From contig OZ059900.1 in the NCBI GenBank assembly GCA_964057225.1, forward strand, positions 6,076,001 through 6,140,000: 64,000 nt of DNA. The letters are read 5' to 3'. The position numbers and the translations under genes are program-made. Positions 40,215 through 56,963 of the stretch are shown piece after piece (position 1 is the first letter of the stretch; the number at the start of each line of letters is the position of its first letter). The DNA comes from Auanema rhodensis. Its lineage: Eukaryota; Animalia; Nematoda. The notes beneath the pieces were generated by a model. It was not told the origin of the DNA. It saw only the letters and a list, made by a program, of their open reading frames with translations, and searched no databases.

Positions 40215-43200
40215 ATGGACCGTCTAGAGGAAGCAGATTCTATGTTATGTGCGGCATTAAAAGAACTAGAACAAACGCTACACGATCGCAATAGCAGTTA
40301 GTTTGCATTTAATTACCTATGTTTTTTCTATTTTCTTTAATCACCCTTTTGTCTCTCTCTCTCTTTTCTTAACTAATTATTCTTTTCATTTTTTACAATT
40401 TCTTTCTCGATTTTCTATCATTTTTCTTACTCTTCCTTCTAAACAATTTTGTTTGATTAGCTTAATTCCATTCTAAATTCTCCTAACAAAAAATAGTCTT
40501 TTAGAATATTGTTATAAGAGTATTATTGTTTACATTGATACGTTAGATTCTATGCAATTAATTCAATTAACAATACGTTGATTTGATTAGCCTTTTTCTT
40601 TCTTCTCATTCATTTCAATCAGTCGGAAATATTTATTTTAGCAGCGTCATGTCTCAAATCCATTCCTATGCATTAAAGGTCTAAATTTTGAACTATTATC
40701 AGCTAAGCACGCTAAGAATAGAACGATTTAACCAAAGTAACTCTTCGAATTAAGCATAGATCAAAATGAATAAAATTTAAAAAAAAAGAAACTTTACTCA
40801 TTCTTGCCCCATTAAACCTTATTGTCTCTTGATCATGAGCTATTTATTGTGTTCCTCATTTGCCTATTTTAATTGCTCAATTTGAATAGTTATTTTATAG
40901 ACTGCATCAGTTCTTTGAGCACATGCAATAAGTCGTCGTCATCTAGTTCTAGCCGTATGGAGCAGCCCAATGTATTCAGTCAAACAAATGAGCCAGTTCG
41001 TTTAATTTCATTTTAAAGCCTTTATCCGCAAAAATACGCTGTCTATATGCATGAAATGAAACATCATCCACATCATTTTAAATTATTTTTCCGCTGCTTA
41101 TTCGAATCATTTTTCAGAATGCAAATACAAAACTATTCAATAGTTTATCTCAATTGGAAAATATATCCAAATGGATTAATGGAAATATGGTAGAGTTTAT
41201 GAAAAGAACATTTTTGATTTGTCTCCTCATATGAATGAAATTGAAATTTTTTCTATTTTTGTTATTCATATATATATTTTTATAATCTTTGATATTATAT
41301 AAATCTTCTTAAATCCTAAAAAAAATCTTCAAATAATTTTATTTTTAGGACACGGATGTAATGAATACCCGGAAACCAATGCACGATCATATTGAAGATT
41401 TAGAGAGTATTCACGATAACGTAGTGAAAGAAGTAAACATTCATATTATTTCAAGATCATTTTTCATAAATTCTTTTAAGATTCGAAAAATCTACCATAA
41501 ACTAACGTTACAACGTAAGGATATGGATATTTTGAAAGATATGATGTATGAAAATCGGGAAGAGATTATGCGTATACAGCAGAGCCTTAACAATGTTTGT
41601 TGGATTGTAGTTCTCTTTGATTATAGTATTTTCAGGTTTATGATGAAGATGTTCGAGCAGAGCTTCAGTCTAGACGTGTAGATCTTTTAGCTAAAATGTC
41701 CAGTTTGAATTTATCATATGTTAATATGGAACGTGAATGCAGCTCCGATGAGATTCGATTGAACTATTTACAGGTTGACTTTATTAAAGATTAATCAGTA
41801 AAAGTTTTTATATATAACAGGAGCGTGAGCGTAAAACAAGTCTTGATCTTCAGCGAAATATGCAAATGTTGAATCGGAATTCTGGATCCATAAGAAGTAA
41901 GATGACCTTTACAGATATCTTGACACTAATATATTCATAGGTGATTTTGACTTACAATCTCAAAATGGGTATCAAAGCTCCGATGAATACGGCTGGAATA
42001 CGGCTAAAGGCCGACTATATCAAGAAAAAAAAGTTTATTCTGTGTAATTTTATGATTGATCATTACATCTTTTCAAGGATCATGCACGTTATTCATCACA
42101 AGGACGTTTAGTTGGGATAAATACTACGCCGACACACAAATCATCTCTTGTAAGATTGTCTTTTTTATCTAATGAGGTATTTCAATCCATTATAGCATTC
42201 ATTACCATGTACGCCATTGTCCAATGAACATTCACGTAGTAGTTTATCTGCAAATTCTCAAAGTAATTTGAATATCGATGTAGAAGAGGCCAGAATACCT
42301 AAATCACTAACACACGAAGTAATTTTCATCACAGATATTATTTCATTACAATCGTTCGATTTATAGATGGTTGCTCCACAAGCATCTACATCTACACTAC
42401 AGTCGGGAAGAGAACATGCTAATGATCAATATGAAGGAAATGAAGCATCATCAACTTTAATGAACAGCAAACGTACACGAAGTGCTCCTGATTTAGGTTA
42501 GAATTATGAATCATTTCAATGAATCGATTGTAAATTTCAGCAAAACTAGCTACTAAATCAAAGTCGAGTGAATCCGGAGAAAAATTACGAAACTATACCA
42601 AAGAAGATGTACGCACTTTAAAACGAGAACTAACTCGGTTATCTTTACGTAATATTCTGGCACCTCGCTCACGTTCTAGCACATGCAAGAAGAGTGGTTC
42701 AATTAGTGAACGATTAAGTACTATCAGGTTTGTAAAACCAAACACAGCATAACTCAATGGATTATCTATTTAGCTCACCTGAAGTACGATCAATACGCAG
42801 TGATTCGCGTTCACGGGTACATTATTTCCCTTCTCTATCAAAATTCCTGGCTTACAAGTATGCTGAGTTTATTTGTGAATATTAATTTTCAACATTTCAG
42901 TTATGATGATATGATTGAATGGATGAAATTGATTGGGTTCGGTCAATACACACCACGAATTCATGATAATATTCGAAATGCTCGTCACTTATTGAATATT
43001 AGCGGATTGGAAATGGAAAGAGTTAGTCAATAAATTGTGAAAATTAGAAATTTTCTTAAAATTTAAACATTTCAGTACCTAAATATTCGGAATCCTTTAC
43101 ATCGTAAACGCTTTAATATTATCTTACGGAGTATTAATTATGATAAAGAGCCAGCTAATTCACATTGGGATCTATATCAAACTCTCAGCTGGCTAGAATT

Positions 43201-44102
43201 AATAGGTTTACCACAGTACAAGGAAAGTTTTGCTGAAAGCTATATTGATGGGCCAGTGCTGACTCAATTGACTGGAGCTGATTTGCTCAAGGTAGGGATG
43301 TATAAAACAAGCTAATTCTGAAATCACAAGTTTTAGCTGCGCGTGCATAATGCTCAACATTTTCATACAATTCAATGGAGTTTACGACACCTTAATAATC
43401 ACCAATTCAATATTACATGTCTTGATCAACATGTGCAGCCTGTAAGTTTTTTTAAAAACTATATTAATTAGGATAAACTATCAAATTTTTGATATTTATA
43501 TTTATGAAAAGTTTTTTGTTCAGGTTTCTATCTGTTTAACTGCTGATCATGTTATACGATGGTCTCATTCAGCCACATGTGAATGGTTACGCTCTATTGA
43601 TTTAGAAGAATTCATTCCAAATATGCTTTGTGCTGGAATGCCAGGTGCACTAATGGTAATAAAATTTTTTCTTGAGCCACAACCCCTTCAGAAAATTTAA
43701 AATGACTAATCGTTCATAAATTTCAAACTATTTTTACAATGTTTATATCTTATCTGCTTTTTAGGTGTGTGAGCCATCGTTTACTGCTGAATCTCTTGCT
43801 GAAGTTTTAAAAATTCCTGTTAGCAAATCATTACTTCGTCGACATATTACTCTTCATTTTAATCAACTAGTTGGTCAACAGATTGTATCTGATAAGCGAT
43901 CTTATCTTGCCACGAATAAGCACCCTCGGCTCAATCCAACTTTACGCGTAAAGGTTTTATTTTAGAGGAAAAAGATTGTTTGTTTTACACATTTTGTTTA
44001 TTACAGGAATCAAAAAGGCGTTTCCCACTTAGCTTTACTGCCAAGAAAGATGTGGTTTTTGTGGATTTAGAACAACAGCTGATACCTGAAGCAAAACTTT
44101 AA
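40215..44102 (+). CDS. hlb-1: Liprin-beta (PPFIBP-like; coiled coil plus three SAM domains)
   Basis: First exon MDRLEEADSMLCAALKELE resembles the liprin-beta N-terminal DASDMLAAALEQM motif. Coiled coil ELQSRRVDLLAKMSSL. SAM1 DDMIEWMKLIGFGQY...NPLHRKR; SAM2 WLELIGLPQYKESF...IDGPVL; SAM3 WSHSATCEWLRSIDLEEF...GMPGALMVCEPSFTAESLAEVLKIP..KSLLRRH. Stop TAA at 44100-44102. Confidence 0.9.
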
Positions 44103-44624
44103 AAAGACTTTTACTTAATTTCTTGATGTATACTTTGTTCGCACTATATATGTTACAAGTAGGATGATGTTCTCGGTTTATCATTCTCATAATACTAGCT
44201 AGTTAATTTATTATTGAGATTTCGTCCAAGAAATATGACAGACAAAACTTGTCCAGCTATAAGCTTCTAATTTGGAAAGTTTTAAAAGATCATTCTATAT
44301 GTTTTAACTTATTACATGACGCAATATGGTCAATTGACTAATTCCATTATTCTAAGTAATCTAATAATTTGCTTAATGAAGTTCTTTTCATCCAGTTTCT
44401 CACAATACTTTTTTAACTGCGGAATTATCTAACATTTTCACACGAAGACACATTAAACAACCAATAAAAGAGTATTCAGTTGTTAACGACATAGTACTTA
44501 GCATTTCGTAGAGTGTTTTAAGCGAATAATTAAAATTTCTATGTTATCCTCTTCTTTTATTGTTTGCCACCTATTTTATTCACAATATACGTGGCACACA
44601 CCATGTCGATTAAGATATACCTTC

Positions 44625-44670
44625 GTAGAAGCGACACTAGAAGTGAGGTAGAAGCAACACTAGAAGTGAT
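44625..44670. repeat. 23-bp tandem duplication
   Basis: gtagaagcgacactagaagtgag followed by gtagaagcaacactagaagtgat (2 mismatches). Confidence 0.85.
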
Positions 44671-44864
44671 ACGCTATGTACAGAACAGACAACGACTCCC
44701 CTGAGGGTGCGGATTAATGCATCTTAATAAGTTTTGATAAACTAAATAATGTGATCTACATGTATTGATATGATTGCAGTTTGTTGTCAACTTGTTTATC
44801 ATTGTGCCCTGTTAATTCACAAAAGCTTAATCAGGTGAATGTTTTGATCTGTCTGAAATTCACA

Positions 44865-45109
44865 CATTTATCATCGTTTCTCAATATTATATTTGTTTTG
44901 AGAAGAGCATCAGTAATAAAATGTATTCAAGTCTTTGTAATTAAAATATTAATGATAGGCGTTTAAGTTTTATTTTATTTATTATATATTATCACATATA
45001 TATAGTCAATTTCAAGTAGTTTAACTATAAAATTTGATAAATATGAATATAATTTTTTGGTGCCAAAAACCACTGAGATCATCTTTTATAATACTTTTAT
45101 AGAAACAAA
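44865..45109 (+). repeat. 245-bp direct repeat, copy 1
   Basis: catttatcatcgtttctc...ttttatagaaacaaa; matches 48008-48252 with 3 substitutions by my reading. Confidence 0.95.
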
Positions 45110-46430
45110 GCTAAACAGTCTTGTGACAGAATACATTAAAATGTAATAAAATAAAAAATGCTGCCTGAACTTCAAAGTATACCAAATATATAGCATTTCT
45201 TGAGCATTTGAAATGTTTTATACATTTAGAGATATGGTCGTATTTTACGAATAAAGTACAAGTGATATGATACCAGTGAAGGTTCTTGCACAATTTTTTT
45301 AGGCAATAATACTCAAATTTTGAAGTGAATAGCTTGAACATAGACCAAAAACATAAAATATTCTGATATTATTTGCAAATGACGGTAACATGATAGGTGA
45401 TAAAGCTTAGCATTTTAATATCACTTATTTAATGTTCACTTATAATTAAATAGATTTTGATAGATATAAAATTGGTTATCATCATAGCTAGCTCTTATTT
45501 CCTATCATTATCGTAATTTTTAACATTTTTATAGCTTAATTATATGGACCATAAGGCAATAGCAATAGGTGTCAAATTAGACACAACTCTCCTTTATTCT
45601 GTGCTCAACACAAAATATGATAGAATGAATAGCTCTCAAGAATAGTTTTATGTATTTTCTTTTTTATATATATTTTTAATTTATTTCAAATAGTTTTCTA
45701 TAGATTGTGTTGAATAAAATATTTTTACATTAATTTTAAGCTATCGAATACTGTATGAAATTTTCAGAGAAGTCTTTTGCATAAAGTTTCACATTCAGTT
45801 TTTGTTCAAGCTTACATTATGAATCATATGATAAGAATATTGTTGAATGAAGTTATATGGAGATAACTCATAGCAGTAACATGTCATGAGATCCAACTCT
45901 AAATACTAATACAATGAATCATTGATAAGTTTCAGGAATGAATCATTGATAATACATCATGTTATCAAACAGTTCTTTTCTTCGACATAATTTTTAAATT
46001 TTCTGTTATCATTGAGTATCCTAATTTCAATGCTTCAATGCTTCTCTAACTTCATTCTTGTTAATATCTATGATTCTGAGCAATAATTCAGCAACTATAT
46101 ACTCCCTCAAGCAGTTCAACACTACTGATAATAAAGTGTCAATAAATGAAGTGGGAGACACCCATAATAACCATTGTTCACTTTTAGAGCTGCTCATTTA
46201 AGATATTATTGCGCATACTTTTTTTTCTTCCGAACATTTACTTTTGATGAAGTTCAATAAATAGTAACTATCATCTATCAAACTTAATTATATATTATTC
46301 ATTAATCCATCATTAGTCCAACATTTTACAAAATGTATAGTTCAACTGCTTATTAATTATTCTCTTATTATGTTTTATAAACACAAATGTAAAAACTTAT
46401 TCATCATTCACTATTTTTTTTTTAGCAAAC

Positions 46431-47296
46431 ATGTGTATATCATCAGCAGGTCAAATAGTATACGGGATAGTAATGCTCGGTTGCTTGGTACTTACAGCAG
46501 TATCTTTGTTCACCCCAGGTGACTACATCATAAAAAATGATCTCAGATCAATTATTTCTCGCTTTACTGTATACATATTTTTATTCTTTAATTAATTCAG
46601 GATGGACACAATCTGAGCATAAAGATTCGCTTACTGATCTTTTCAGTAGCAGCGAAGGAATTATGCCATGGGCATGTGCTAGACGATTCAAAAGTGAGAC
46701 ATGTAGCACATGGTGGGAGGTAAACTCATAATATTCTTGAATTTAAAGTGAATTTTCATTGCACTTGTAGGAAACTCCCGGATGGCAACATGTCGTCATT
46801 GTCTGTATGTGGATGGCTTTAATTATTGAAGCATTCTGCCTAGTTTGGAATCTTATTGCTTTGTAAGTTATTTTGAAAATATTGCTAGGACATGTTCATT
46901 GAAAAACATAACATTTAAAAAAATATAACTTTCCTATGAAGTTTTAAAAATTTAAGATATTCATTACAGGTTATCATGTTGCTGCAAGAATTGTCTATTA
47001 CATCCAATTATTATTGCTTCAATCTGCATTAATATTCTCCTACTCATCTCAGTATTGGTGTACGGAATCAAAGGAAAAGAGTTTGTTATTTATACCGAAA
47101 ATCCTCACATACGTACTGCTGGACAGGTTGGTAGCAAAGTTTAAACTTTTTTTAAAACAATTTGGAATATATAAATTTATCCAACAATTTTCAGCTTGGA
47201 TACTCTTATATATTAGCATGCATTGCTTTGGCTCTATCAGTAGGAGATACTGTTTTATCGTTTGTTATTGTATGTTGCTCCAAGATATGCTGTTAA
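46431..47296 (+). CDS. Claudin/PMP22-like four-TM protein (nematode Clc-like), 5 exons
   Basis: Spliced: MCISSAGQIVYGIVMLGCLVLTAVSLFTPGW...GIMPWAC...C..WW...WQHVVIVCMWMALIIEAFCLVWNLIALLSCCCKNCLLHP...LLLISVLVYG...LGYSYILACIALALSVGD...CCSKICC*. Has the W..G.W..C..C first-loop pattern, GYSY before TM4, and a ttttttAG acceptor 5 nt before the ATG. Confidence 0.85.
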
Positions 47297-48007
47297 GTTG
47301 TGTTTCAAATCATTATCTAGATATCTACATATATCTATATGATTTTTATTTCTACATTAATCTCATTTTCTTCAAAGAAAGAAAGTGAATCTAATGCTCT
47401 ATATCCTCTACCTCGGTGAAATAGTTCACTGTCACTCTATAATATAATCAAATCAAGTCTCTATACATATCTTATGGATTCATAGGTGAAAGTATATAAT
47501 TTAATATTATATTTCATACAATTGTTTCTATATATAACTCTTCTCATTTCGCCCTCTATTAACTATACTATACTATATATGTATATCTATAATCATTATG
47601 ATGTTTATAATCAATATTTTATTATAACAAACTACTTAAACGACTTTCAAAAATTATCACATTGTATTAATAAATCATTTTAAATTTTAAAATTCTACTC
47701 CCATGAGTCATGCTCTAAAGATTTTTTTGTTCAGCTTTACTGGCAGAAATGGATTCTTTGGGCTGCAGCCAGAGTTTTTGAATTGAATTTCAATTTTTCG
47801 TTTCGCCATCATTTGAAATATTTCATTCTGTTTTCCTATTATAAGATTATATAATTCTTATCATTATAAAGATTACACAACATGTAACATGAGTATATAG
47901 TCTTCACATTGTAAAAGTTCATAAATGGTGATTCATCTCTATGATAAACTATGTCCCATATACGGTTTTGCAGAGAAACGGACGTGATTTTAAAGCATAG
48001 CTTTACT

Positions 48008-48252
48008 CATTTATCATCGTTTCTCAATATTATATTTGTTTTGAGAAGAGCATCAGTAATAAAATGTATTCAAGTCTTTGTAATTAAAATATTAATGATA
48101 GGCGTTTAAGTTTTATTTTATTTATTATATATTATCACAAATATATAGTCAATTTCAAGTAGTTTAACTATAAAATTTGATAAATATGAATATAATTTTT
48201 TGATGCCAGAAACCACTGAGATCATCTTTTATAATACTTTTATAGAAACAAA
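48008..48252 (+). repeat. 245-bp direct repeat, copy 2
   Basis: Near-identical to 44865-45109, offset 3,143 bp. Confidence 0.95.
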
Positions 48253-51200
48253 CTCAGTGTTCAACATGCAATATACCAACATTTGTCGAGTAAATGATAT
48301 AACAAAAGAATTTTAATTCTTCTGGCAATATTGATTTTAAAATTTCATTTTGCTACTCCTTGAACTTGTTGAGTCACAAACATATTCCAATTTGGTGATG
48401 ACTGCTGCACATGTTTACCGAATTTGTGAAAGATTTCAAAAAAGAAAGTTGATGAAGGAATATAACAATAAAGGTTTTCTCCCTTTTTTTCTGTTCTATA
48501 TGGAAAAACTAACACAGAAAAAATCATAAATGTTCTACTAGGCTGCATCAGGCTTGAACAGAGAAAAGCTAATTTCTAGAAAAGAAATTGTTCATTCAAC
48601 TTCAGTCTTCTCACTATTGCTACTGCTATTGAGTATGCATTTGATGCAGCAGATGGCTGAAAGATAAAACATTTATTAGAGCTTGTATCTTATATGCGAT
48701 TTTTTCGTTTTCTCAGATTATTGCCGCATTTTCTTGTTTAATATTATAATTACGGGAAAATGATATTCTATCAATTTTATTCAATTTTTCGTACAATTGG
48801 TAGTTAAAACCTTTAATAATAATAAAATTTGTCATTTATACCAATTTCAAACCGAAAATGATATATTAATTTCGAGTATTTCACAATAAGATTAATATCA
48901 ATCTAATTATTTATTCAATAAAGTCTATTCAGCATCAAAATTAGTAGTTTGCTCGAAAATTAATAAAGTGTTTTGCTCTTATCCCTTGGACTTGTCCATC
49001 CATTTGATATAGTTTGATTTTTGTTCATCGTCATCAGTGCATATCTGCGATTTGTTGTCCATTTTATTGCTCTGGAGAATTATTCAACAGAAAAATCCCT
49101 GAAGATGATCTTGGTTGTCAATTTTTATTTATAAAAATATTAATGTTTCTACTAGATAAAAAAAAATATGTTATGGTTTCAAATAAGCTTGGAAGACTTT
49201 TAGTACAGCCATGTGGTTCAAATAATAATTTTTTTTCTTAACCATCCTATGTCAGATATAGTATATAGATAGCATGATGGCCAGAGAGATAGATGTCTAA
49301 AGTCAATTGTTAGAATTGTTTTTGCTTTTCCAAAAGCTATATCTGGCTTTTTCACTCTTTCAAGATCTCTTCTTCTTCTTTTTGCTTCTTCAACTTACGT
49401 CTCTATTTCTTGCTATTCCAGATTTTCCAATGTTTTTTCCGTTGTATTGAGCAATAACAGAAAAAATGCGATTTATTCAGTTTTCGTATGTGTCCTCTTG
49501 TAGTTCCGCGCTTAAATCTCACTTTTGATAAAAATCATTGCAGCTTTCAACGAAGCCTTTGTATTATTCTTATGTAGCAATTTCAGTGTTCATATTTTAT
49601 CATATCGATTGATATGCAAAATGGTTTTTATTTTTTTTTGCAGTTGATATATGGGAAAACATTTGAAACTCAGCTCTTGTATAGTTTTCTGCCACTTTAC
49701 GAGCTCTTTACAACATTTTCTCAATTCAATAATCTTTTTCTATCTATTCCATAACGAGCCTTTTTGCGCATATTCATGAAGTTCTTTGATTTTCTCTTTT
49801 TCTCACATTTTCGAAGTTCAATGCAAGGCTAATTGTAGTTGAGCCATCATTTTTTAGAAACCAATTAGACTAGTATTACAAGTTGTTCATTAGCCTCATG
49901 CATTTCAAAACTTTTTTTTTCTCATATAGTGCGTCATCATGTTAAGCGATAAATTGTCAAATCTATCATACAATGACTGAATTGACAAAGTAGTAGTGTT
50001 GATGTCTTCCTACAACTTTGGTCATGTCAGTCAGACAAATGAGTTCAATTTCAAAGAAATAATTGTATGTGTGCGTGTGTGGGAAGAGAATAGGAAGGGC
50101 GGAGACAAGCATGAAATACAATTACTCAAATAAAAGTTTATAAATGTTTTATTCGCGTAAATGAGCTCAATTGAAATTGACTCAATTTAATACAATACCA
50201 GAAATATTTGATTGAATTTAAAAAGAGCCAAATTGCTTGAAAAATCTGCTTTGAATTGACGGCGATCCGATATTAAATAAGATGAAAAGCGATGAAATTG
50301 TTGGCAAGGTAGTCCTATACAAGTTAGTTCACGAATATATTTATTTAAAAAATATATAACGATGTAACTAAGCTACCCCGCCCATGCTTTATAACCATGT
50401 CAACTCATTCATTGAGTATTGCTTAGAAACAGATTCCCATCAGTTTTTTTCTTGCCTTGTCTTGAAATTGCATCATGTTGTTTTCATATGCTAACTGGTC
50501 ATCTTCTTATTATTCTCCGACAACGACAACAAAAACACAGCATCGTATAAGCATAAGAATATGCACATATACATATATATATACATATATACATATGTGT
50601 GCAAGCGTGAGACTCAATTTCTTAAAACTTTTTTCAGAATCTTGTATATTTAAAATTCACATGTTTGAAAAGTTGACTCGATTTCAAGAAACAGAGTTCA
50701 TTTCATTAATTTTTTACTTTTTGTTCTCTTTTTTCTTTTTTCTTACTTCTTATCTGACTTTCTTCAAGGAAAATGCTTCTGTTTCTTCTGCGATTCCATC
50801 CTTTCAAAAAATGACAAATTCTTAAATGTCTGCAACAATATAAGAAATTCGTTTTTATTTCGTGCGTCGATGCTTTAGGCTATTTTTTCTATCTTTCCAT
50901 TTTGGCGGAAAAAATTACGATAAACGTGAATTTTGTTTTACTTTACTACTTTGTTTGTTTCTTATTTTTAGATTTAAATGTTTATTTAGATATATTGCAT
51001 ATTTATTTTTATTTTTCAAGGATTTGAACTAGTTTAACTCATGTTTTGATATTTTTTCGTTTGTTTTTGATCATTATTCTTAAATCTATCCCTAGTTTGC
51101 TTGCATATAGGCATATTTAAGTTCTTCCTCTTCATATATCTGTTACGTTAAATTAATTCTACTACTCTGAATAATCTGAGCAGACAAGGACGATGATGAC

Positions 51201-52199
51201 GATGACAACTACATATCCGTAAGCACAAATATGTCAATCGTTGTTTTTGTCATTACATTTCACATTGAAATATCACTTAGATTTTATTGCTTTCGCATAA
51301 TAAAACTATAGATAGGCAATGGAAATGTAGGCTGACAGGCGTTAAAAGCTCTTAAAGTTAATAGCAATATACTAACTTAATTTCAATATAAATGTATACG
51401 GTAATATTATGACGTTTCAATGTCCTGCTAGTGCTGCAAACAACTAGTCACATTAATAGATTTCTATTAGCAAACATCTGTGTAAAGATGAATGACAATT
51501 GTCTTTATTTTTGCTTCCTCTTTAACAATATGCATGCTACTTGTTTGAGAATAAAAAGGAAAAAGAAAAATGAAACAAGAGAGCGATGTATTTTGTGATT
51601 GAGGATGGCATCTTTTTGCAAGGTCGTCTTGGGTATTCCATATTCAACAACAGAGCAAAATTATTGATTTGAGTAACGTTTTTTTTGACTCATATTACTC
51701 ACAATGCTTGAAAGAATGAGAAGGAATACCCTCCAAAAAGTGGAAAAATGTTTTGATGACAATATCTAGAGCTTCTTAATGCCTGAAAAGTACTCAGAAG
51801 TACACTTACTCAGGGGGTTCATTCAGCTTTTGCGCGTAGATGCAACATATCGAAAGTATAGAGGTGACTTAGTAGACAAAAGGATGAAAGAATTAGATGG
51901 GTAGAGGGAGAAAGAAGAGAAGAGAGAGTACTAAGAAGCGATGGGGCGAGAGAAGGAAAAGAAGTAAAGATATTGGGTCAGAGAACTGCTAAAACGGCAA
52001 AAAAGGGTGGAGCATTTGCTTAAGGACAAAAAGGAAACGAAAAGAGAAAGAGAGAGCAGTAAACAAAAAAGGACGGATGTTGCCGTAAAATATTCTGCTT
52101 GAAAAATTAGATGAGAGAGATAGAAAAAAACATATAGAGAAGAATAGATTGAGAAAGTAAGAGATGAAGAGAAAGTGATAGAGTCTCAGTGACTCACAT

Positions 52200-52520
52200 A
52201 CATGCATGCATACATACACTCACACGCTCATTCTCGGCGTGTGAGCTCTGCTAGAGTGTCGTGCTCGAGTCAGTCGGCAGATTTAGATTTCACGGATGTT
52301 GGATGCTCGGCTTGTCCTTTGATTAGTGCTCTGCGAGCAGTTTGCTTCGCCCGTAAATTGGTTAGAACTCAACAAAAAATTTTTAAAACTGGACCACAAC
52401 CGTTTGTGAGATGTACTAACAAGTGTTATCATCAGGATCGTTATGCAGTCTTTAAAGCTGTTACATGCTACATTCCTCTATCTCTGTCCGCGTTTTTCAA
52501 TTGGGTCATTGCGACCTAAA
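52200..52520. promoter_or_regulatory. Probable promoter/5' region of the choline kinase gene
   Basis: Locally GC/CpG-richer core flanked by a GA-rich tract (51900-52180) and a CT-rich tract (52570-52680), 400-700 bp upstream of the ATG. Confidence 0.4.
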
Positions 52521-52922
52521 CATTCTCTGGTCATTTTCAGCAACGCTTAACTAGTTTTGCCTAAACCCTTTCTACTCTCGTTTTCTCTCTCTCTGTTCTC
52601 TCTCTCTTTTTTGTCTCTCTCTCTCTCTCCTTTTCTCTCTATGTATTTTCTTTTCTTTAATTTTTCCCTTTCTCTCTCCATGTTATTATATACTCCTATA
52701 CATCTCACTGTCCAACAATCTTTATCTTCATCTTTTTAATCTTTCATTCCTTTTTTTATGCTATCCTTCCTCTCTGTGGAATTTTCTGAACTTGCTCAAA
52801 TGATTTATTCGGTTGCAATGGTTTTCATTAACTACTAGTTTCAAAGATTGAAGCAACTAACCCACCAATTTTAGAGAGAGCTATTTAACTAAAATTGAGT
52901 CAGCCATCAAAAGTTTGCCAAC

Positions 52923-55500
<2,578 letters not shown>

Positions 55501-56378
55501 GATATCATCATATATTACGACTACTACATTCTGAGTCATATGTAATAATATGAAATACGAAACCAAAAAATACAGAACATGCAGAGATGTTTAATAGATT
55601 TAGAAATGACATTATCTTTCTGATTTAGCAATCAAGTTAACTCTTAATAGGTGCGTTGATTAGCACTGTGTGGATACAAACTACACTTTCTATTATTGTT
55701 TTTGAGAAAATGATGTCTATAATAGTCACGTTATACATATATTTATAACAAACAATACGTATATATATATAACAGTAGTTTTTTTCTTTGTTGTATGTTT
55801 CAGATTGATTGTTTTTAGAATAAAGGTAGGAATAGTTTCAAAGATTATTATAAGTTTTTATCAAAAATGCTTTGAATGCCAATATATAACTAATGATATT
55901 TGAAAAGTATTCATAAGAAAACAAATTGAAATTATTGACCATATGATTAGATTCTACTCGAAATTCTTAGATTTAAGTACATATATGATATGTGTAACTG
56001 TATAGAAAGAACGATGAATCACAATTTCCGGACAAGAATAGCATACAAGATTGCTCATGGTCATTTATAGGTCGTTGTATCTGATGATGATATAACAACG
56101 AATAAATAATGTTTTGTCATTTTACTATGTGTTGACAATGCGTTGATTCTTTCTAACATTGAATTGAAAAAGTTAGAGATATCTACAAGATAATAGATAT
56201 TTGGTCTAGACATACAATAAGCACGTTGACCAGAAAAACATGGTAATGTTCAGAAAATATTGATCATCAAGTGATATTGTGCGTTGAGAAATCATTTCAT
56301 ATATTTGGCTTCGTCTATTCGTGAATATATTGCATAAAACTTTAACTTTTTTTTCAGTTTAAGTTCAATAAATTCGAA

Positions 56379-56963
56379 ATGTTTTTAAGTTATCTTATAT
56401 CAGCTATTGTATTTAATCAGCTACACTACGTTGTGGAAGCGATACAATGTTATGAATGCACATCGTCACAGGTAAATTGATATTCTTAACTCTTTCAATC
56501 TTTCAGTTTATTTAAATTTAGGGTAAAGATTGCTTAGCACAAGCTTCCAAATGTGAAACAGGCTTTTTTGGATGTACAAAAATTGCAGCATTTAATGGTG
56601 GAGTAGATAAAAGTTTGTAACGATTATATAGCCTTGAATTTTAATTTTTCATTAAAATATTAAAAAAAACATTTATTAATTTATTTAGTGGGTATGTGGT
56701 CCCCGGATCAAGAACGTCGTATATTCACAATGATAAGAGGATGTTCCATTATTCCCTTAGGCAGTAAGATTTACACTTTTTCTGTTTCTCAGTTTGATGA
56801 ATAACTTCTAGGAGCTGACATTTGTGAGCAAACATCAATTTTGGGAACTCGAATCATCAAGTGCACATGCTTCACTGATTTTTGCAATAGCTCTTTTACA
56901 CCCAAACTAGGCATATCAATAATGTTTTTCTTTTTATTCAGGTTTATTGAATTATTTTTCTAA
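56379..56963 (+). CDS. Ly6/three-finger (LU-fold) protein, probably GPI-anchored, 4 exons
   Basis: Signal peptide then IQCYECTSSQGKDC...C....FGCTKI...IRGC...C...IKCTCFTDFCN (terminal C-x-C-x4-CN motif), followed by a hydrophobic tail SSFTPKLGISIMFFFLFRFIELFF*. Confidence 0.85.

Noticed and set aside
598-40533. DAF-16/FOXO elements TTGTTTAC/GTAAACAA (598, 17055, 25461, ~27561, 40526)
   Set aside because: Scattered single copies of an AT-rich 8-mer, compatible with chance.
44644-44665. TGAGGTAG (let-7-family 5' end)
   Set aside because: It arises at the junction of the 23-bp tandem duplication and has no complementary arm.
45074-45081. TGAGATCA inside the 245-bp repeat (also in copy 2 near 48216)
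   Set aside because: No adjacent GCCC and no minus-strand 3' UTR here; consistent with chance plus duplication.
45913-45952. 16-bp direct repeat aatgaatcattgataa
   Set aside because: Simple local slippage duplication with no further structure.
44865-48252. LTR retrotransposon
   Set aside because: No TG...CA termini, primer-binding site, polypurine tract or gag/pol; the interior is an intron-containing host gene.
56761-56811. Apparent GC donor in the Ly6 gene
   Set aside because: A canonical GTAAG donor 3 nt downstream keeps the frame (LGRADIC).
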